Shown here: positions 63,380-64,000 of the stretch, piece by piece
Layout of the letters: each line of letters starts with the position of its first letter
How positions within the stretch are numbered: position 1 is the stretch's first letter
Origin: Nitrospirales bacterium
GTDB taxonomy: Bacteria; Nitrospirota; Nitrospiria; Nitrospirales; UBA8639
Length of the DNA stretch: 64,000 nt
Direction of reading: 5' to 3'
NCBI GenBank assembly: GCA_965203295.1
Contig: CBDBCZ010000015.1
Span: 224,001-288,000, forward strand
Notes under the pieces: model-generated
Seen by the model: the letters and a program-made list of their open reading frames with translations, nothing else
Database searches by the model: none
Told to the model about the DNA's origin: nothing
Position numbers and translations under genes: made by a program

Positions 63380-64000
63380 GTATGTCCGCAGGCTGCCATG
63401 TACATACGTACATTAAATCTTTCAGAAATATGATCATACGTACATATCTAAAAACTAGCTTCCTATTTTTAACTCTTACATTAGCTATCTGTTGTTTCTG
63501 TCTATATAGATTGTGTCAAATGATTACACCATTACCTGTGTGATATACTACTGGGGTTTTGAAAACAAGATAATTGAATACTTTACAGCAAATTGATATA
63601 GATAAGTGTATGAGTGCATTGGACAGCTGCAATGACCACACAGAATCTATATAGAGACGCTGATGGAAAAGATTGCTGTATCTGTTTTGGTGGTCATGAG
63701 GGAGATGGTTACAACTGTAAAACAAACCAATATGGAAGCATTTAACAATCTGGCTTCAATACCCCTACATAAATGTCCAGGAAAGCTAATACCTCTACTT
63801 TGTTTGCATATTTTGTCTCCCAGATTGCAAGAAAACAAAATTAGTGTTCTGTGGGGATATTACATTATGTAGAGTTTACAATCGCTCGACAGTAGATATA
63901 AAAAAATGGCTTGACTTACTTTAAGTCATTCTTAATCATGTTTACTATGCTTCTTGAAAGTTTCAACTAGCTGGACTCAACTATGCACTCTCTTGTGATG

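Overview
Eukaryotic, intron-rich metazoan DNA; the repeat families and exon style suggest a demosponge (inference). Bases 1-20452 hold the 3' part (22 phase-consistent exons, + strand) of an apparently intact TUT4/TUT7-family terminal uridylyltransferase gene. The remaining ~43 kb is transposon-dense. It contains broken host-gene fragments (TRAPPC13, PRPF31, a NIDO/EGF gene), a decayed spliced piggyBac transposase with an RGG-rich N-terminus, LINE and Penelope remnants (with hammerhead-like ends), tRNA-derived SINEs, and many non-autonomous DNA elements (TA, TTAA, 5-bp, 6-bp and 9-bp TSD classes). The best candidates for something new are: (i) a two-copy TA-TSD element that joins the 5' end of a pogo-like transposase to the 5' end of a convergent HIRAN-like gene, implying a two-gene transposase+HIRAN parent; (ii) unrelated long palindromes that share a GA-mismatch/GCGAAGC apex; (iii) the spliced RGG-piggyBac. 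All family assignments are by eye from motif recall; no searches were run.
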